Positions 57,301 through 64,000 of a DNA stretch of 64,000 nt are shown one piece after another. Both the position numbers and the translations under genes were made by a program. Under the pieces are notes generated by a model. It made no database searches and had not been told where the DNA came from. It was given only the letters and a program-made list of their open reading frames with translations. This DNA comes from an uncultured Gammaproteobacteria bacterium (GTDB taxonomy: Bacteria; Pseudomonadota; Gammaproteobacteria; UBA9214): NCBI GenBank assembly GCA_963768415.1, contig CAVYHX010000016.1, forward strand, positions 19,528 through 83,527, given 5' to 3'. The stretch's first letter is position 1. The number at the start of each line of letters is the position of its first letter.

Positions 57301-58462
57301 TATGGAAGATGATATCTACCAGCGTGTCGAGAAGCTGTTGCTCGGGAAGATTGCAGAAGGGGGGCCGAAAAAACTGGCGGCGGGAGCCAAGATTACCAGT
57401 GATTATCTGCTGGATATCGATCGCAACAAGTGGTTTGAGGTGCGTCTGCGTAATGAAGATGCGAACGAGGATCTGGAAAAGGCCAATGAGCAGCTCAAGA
57501 CCCTGCGCAGCGACTTCGAACAACGCCTGGAAGACAAGCGTGTCAAGCTGACGACCGGCGATGACCTGGCCCCGGGTGTGCTGAAGATGGTGAAGGTTTA
57601 TCTCGCGGTGAAGCGCCGTGTGCAGCCGGGTGACAAGATGGCGGGCCGGCATGGTAACAAGGGTGTCATCTCGATGATTCAGCCGGTGGAGGACATGCCG
57701 TATATGAAAGACGGCACCCCGGTGGATATCGTACTGAACCCGCTGGGTGTGCCATCACGCATGAATGTCGGACAGGTCCTCGAAACCCATCTGGGCTGGG
57801 CTGCAAAGGGACTCGGACACAAGATCGGCAGGATGCTCGAGCAACACCAGAAAGTAACTGAAATCCGTGCATTCATGGACAAGATCTACAATACCAGCGG
57901 GCACAAGGAGGATCTGGCGTCGCTGTCTGACGCGGAAGTGATGGAACTTGCAGGCAACCTGAAGGGCGGAGTGCCGATGGCGACACCGGTGTTCGACGGT
58001 GCCCCTGAAGAAGCCATCAAGGACATGCTGAAGCTGGCGGGTTTGCCTAAAAGCGGCCAGACCCGGCTCTATGATGGCCGTACCGGTGATGCTTTCGAGC
58101 GTGATGTCACCGTCGGCTACATGTACATCCTCAAGCTGAATCACCTCGTGGATGACAAGATGCATGCCCGCTCCACCGGACCGTACAGTCTGGTGACGCA
58201 GCAGCCACTGGGCGGCAAGGCCCAGTTCGGTGGTCAGCGCTTTGGTGAAATGGAGGTCTGGGCACTGGAAGCTTATGGTGCAGCCTATACGCTGCAGGAA
58301 ATGCTGACAGTGAAATCCGACGACGTGAACGGGCGTACCAAGATGTACAAGAATATTGTTGACGGAAATCACCATATGGATGCCGGCATGCCTGAATCCT
58401 TCAATGTGCTGGTTAAGGAAATCCGCTCGCTGGGCATCAACATGGAACTGGAACTGGATTAG
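54386..58462 (+). CDS. rpoB: DNA-directed RNA polymerase beta subunit
   Basis: [16 protein letters not shown]... start at 54386 (the ORF's upstream 37 codons are leader). 1358 aa, collinear with RpoB. Confidence 0.98.
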   Translation: MAYSFTEKKRIRKDFGSRHSVLDVPYLLATQIESYRDFLQADLDLGSRSEKGLHAAFKSVFPITSYSGNAALDYVTYRLGEPAFDVKECQLRGLTYAAPLRALVRLIIYDKDAPANTQKVKDIKEQEVYMGELPLMTDNGTFVINGTERVIVSQLHRSPGVFFDHDKGKTHSSGKLLFSARVIPYRGSWLDMEFDPKDILFVRIDRRRKLPATILLRALGYDNEQILDTFFETNTFHVNKNEVKLDLVPERLRGETASFEIKAKSKVIVEEGRRITARHIRELEKAGVKTLVVPEDYLIGKVLSHNVIDKETGELIANANDELTLELLEKLRDAGIKKLSTLYVNDLDRGPYISSTLRIDPSTTELEAMVEIYRMMRPGEPPTKEAAQNLFKNLFFTSDRYDLSAVGRMKFNRRIGREEITGEGTLSSDDIVAVMKVLIDIRNGNGFVDDIDHLGNRRIRCVGEMAENVFRIGLVRVERAVKERLSLAESESLMPQELINAKPVAAAIKEFFGSSQLSQFMDQNNPLSEVTHKRRVSALGPGGLTRERAGFEVRDVHPTHYGRVCPIETPEGPNIGLINSLAVYSRTNTYGFLETPYLKVINNRVTDKVEYLSAIEEGDYTIAQANATVDAKGNLTDDLVTCRHRNEFMTSTPDRVDFIDVSPKQIVSVAAALIPFLEHDDANRALMGSNMQRQAVPTLKTEKPLVGTGIERTVAIDSGVTVVARRGGVLDSVDAARIVVRVNDDETVAGEPGVDIYNLTKYTRSNQNTCINQRPLVKPGDVIARGDVLADGPSTDMGELALGQNLLVAFMPWNGYNFEDSILISERVVEEDRFTTIHIEELTCVARDTKLGSEEVSGDIPNVGEGALSKLDESGIVYIGAEVRPGDILVGKVTPKGETQLTPEEKLLRAIFGEKASDVKDTSLRVPSGMDGTVIDVQVFTRDGVEKDARALQIQEEQIAQVRKDLNDQMRIMEDDIYQRVEKLLLGKIAEGGPKKLAAGAKITSDYLLDIDRNKWFEVRLRNEDANEDLEKANEQLKTLRSDFEQRLEDKRVKLTTGDDLAPGVLKMVKVYLAVKRRVQPGDKMAGRHGNKGVISMIQPVEDMPYMKDGTPVDIVLNPLGVPSRMNVGQVLETHLGWAAKGLGHKIGRMLEQHQKVTEIRAFMDKIYNTSGHKEDLASLSDAEVMELAGNLKGGVPMATPVFDGAPEEAIKDMLKLAGLPKSGQTRLYDGRTGDAFERDVTVGYMYILKLNHLVDDKMHARSTGPYSLVTQQPLGGKAQFGGQRFGEMEVWALEAYGAAYTLQEMLTVKSDDVNGRTKMYKNIVDGNHHMDAGMPESFNVLVKEIRSLGINMELELD

Positions 58463-58525
58463 AGATCCTGTGGCTGCAAACCACCCGGAACTCGAAGCTC
58501 GATACTCCAATATTCAGGAGAGACG

Positions 58526-62728
<4,203 letters not shown>

Positions 62729-62761
62729 GGCTGGATCGGGCTGTGCGGTGAAAAAACGTTC

Positions 62762-62790
62762 TTGACAGGGCAGAGCCCTGAATTTAGAAT
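62762..62790 (+). promoter_or_regulatory. near-consensus sigma70 promoter upstream of rpsL
   Basis: TTGACA (62762-62767), a 17-nt spacer, TAGAAT (62785-62790). Confidence 0.55.
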
Positions 62791-62802
62791 TCCGCTTCTG
62801 TC

Positions 62803-62835
62803 GACAGGCCGGGTGACCGGCCTGTCGTTTGTTTT
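62803..62835 (+). terminator. intrinsic-terminator-like hairpin between rpoC and rpsL
   Basis: GACAGGCCGG-GTGA-CCGGCCTGTC (10-bp stem) followed by GTTTGTTTT. Confidence 0.55.
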
Positions 62836-62882
62836 CAGGTGTAGAGAATAATTTCACTGTAAATTTCAGGGTCTTACGGGTT

Positions 62883-63257
62883 ATGACAACAATCAATCAG
62901 TTAGTGCGCAAACCGCGCGCACGGAAACGGGACAAAAGTAATGTGCCGGCACTGGAGTCTTGCCCGCAGAAACGGGGTGTGTGTACACGCGTCTACACCA
63001 CGACCCCGAAGAAACCGAACTCGGCCCTGCGCAAGGTTGCCCGTGTGCGGTTGACGAATGGCTTCGAAGTGACCACCTACATCGGTGGCGAAGGGCATAA
63101 CCTCCAGGAGCACTCGGTGGTACTGATTCGCGGCGGCCGTGTTAAGGACCTGCCCGGTGTGCGCTATCACACCGTGCGTGGCAGCCTCGACACCTCCGGC
63201 GTAACCAGTCGTCGCCAGGGGCGCTCGAAGTATGGCGCCAAGCGGCCCAAAACCTGA
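62883..63257 (+). CDS. rpsL: 30S ribosomal protein S12
   Basis: [15 protein letters not shown]...[16 protein letters not shown]... Confidence 0.98.
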   Translation: MTTINQLVRKPRARKRDKSNVPALESCPQKRGVCTRVYTTTPKKPNSALRKVARVRLTNGFEVTTYIGGEGHNLQEHSVVLIRGGRVKDLPGVRYHTVRGSLDTSGVTSRRQGRSKYGAKRPKT

Positions 63258-63284
63258 TATACGAAACACACTAACTGTAATTGA

Positions 63285-63764
<480 letters not shown>

Positions 63765-63800
63765 GTTGAATACAACCGTTTATACAGGCAGAACAGGACA

Positions 63801-64000
63801 GTGGCTCGTAACACACCAATCGATCGTTACCGGAATGTCGGCATTATGGCGCACATTGACGCCGGCAAAACCACGACGACCGAGCGCATCCTGTTCTACA
63901 CCGGTGTGTCTCATAAAATCGGTGAGGTGCATGACGGCGCGGCCGTGATGGACTGGATGGAACAGGAGCAGGAGCGCGGTATTACCATTACCTCGGCTGC
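63801..64000 (+). CDS. fusA: elongation factor G (5' part; continues beyond the window)
   Basis: The GTG start gives [46 protein letters not shown]... Confidence 0.9.
   Translation, partial: MARNTPIDRYRNVGIMAHIDAGKTTTTERILFYTGVSHKIGEVHDGAAVMDWMEQEQERGITITSA

Overview
GC-rich proteobacterial chromosome segment whose gene content and order look gammaproteobacterial. A TusE/DsrC-like gene and a Gly/Tyr-rich sulfur-globule-like protein hint at a sulfur oxidiser, but that is inference only. The right-hand ~15 kb is the conserved block tRNA-Tyr/Gly/Thr, tuf, tRNA-Trp, secE, nusG, rplKAJL, rpoBC, rpsLG, fusA (3' end outside the window). The left ~48 kb mixes housekeeping and accessory genes: a SulP permease fragment, a MutT-ThiE-like fusion, an animal-haem-peroxidase homologue, a LysR regulator, the RimK/retropepsin/AstE-like trio, two MsrA paralogues, grxC, a tightly coupled GT2-phosphorylase-SPL radical SAM-SDR operon, a K+ channel, lipid-related genes, an Nramp transporter, a hybrid histidine kinase with a REC-PAS regulator and ArsR, a TonB receptor-YfiR-CHASE8 GGDEF/EAL module, and many small hypothetical genes. 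I found no transposase, integrase, CRISPR array or rRNA. The main observations are as follows. (1) tRNA-Tyr is followed by a 193-bp structured insert ending in an exact 20-nt copy of the tRNA 3' end, an rtT-like or att-scar arrangement. Its 47-nt core recurs in a 95-bp tandem repeat 25 kb away, with a compensatory stem change. (2) At least six reading-frame breaks are all repaired by deleting exactly one base, which points to assembly insertion errors or recent pseudogenisation. (3) A sulfur-globule-like Gly/Tyr protein lies behind a 0.7-kb AT-rich spacer. (4) There is an uncharacterised four-gene radical-SAM operon. (5) A small-gene locus holds two Cys-rich paralogues and an orphan DUF2384 antitoxin-like gene. 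(6) tuf has strikingly atypical G-ending and rare codon usage. All family assignments come from motif recognition by eye, with no database search.
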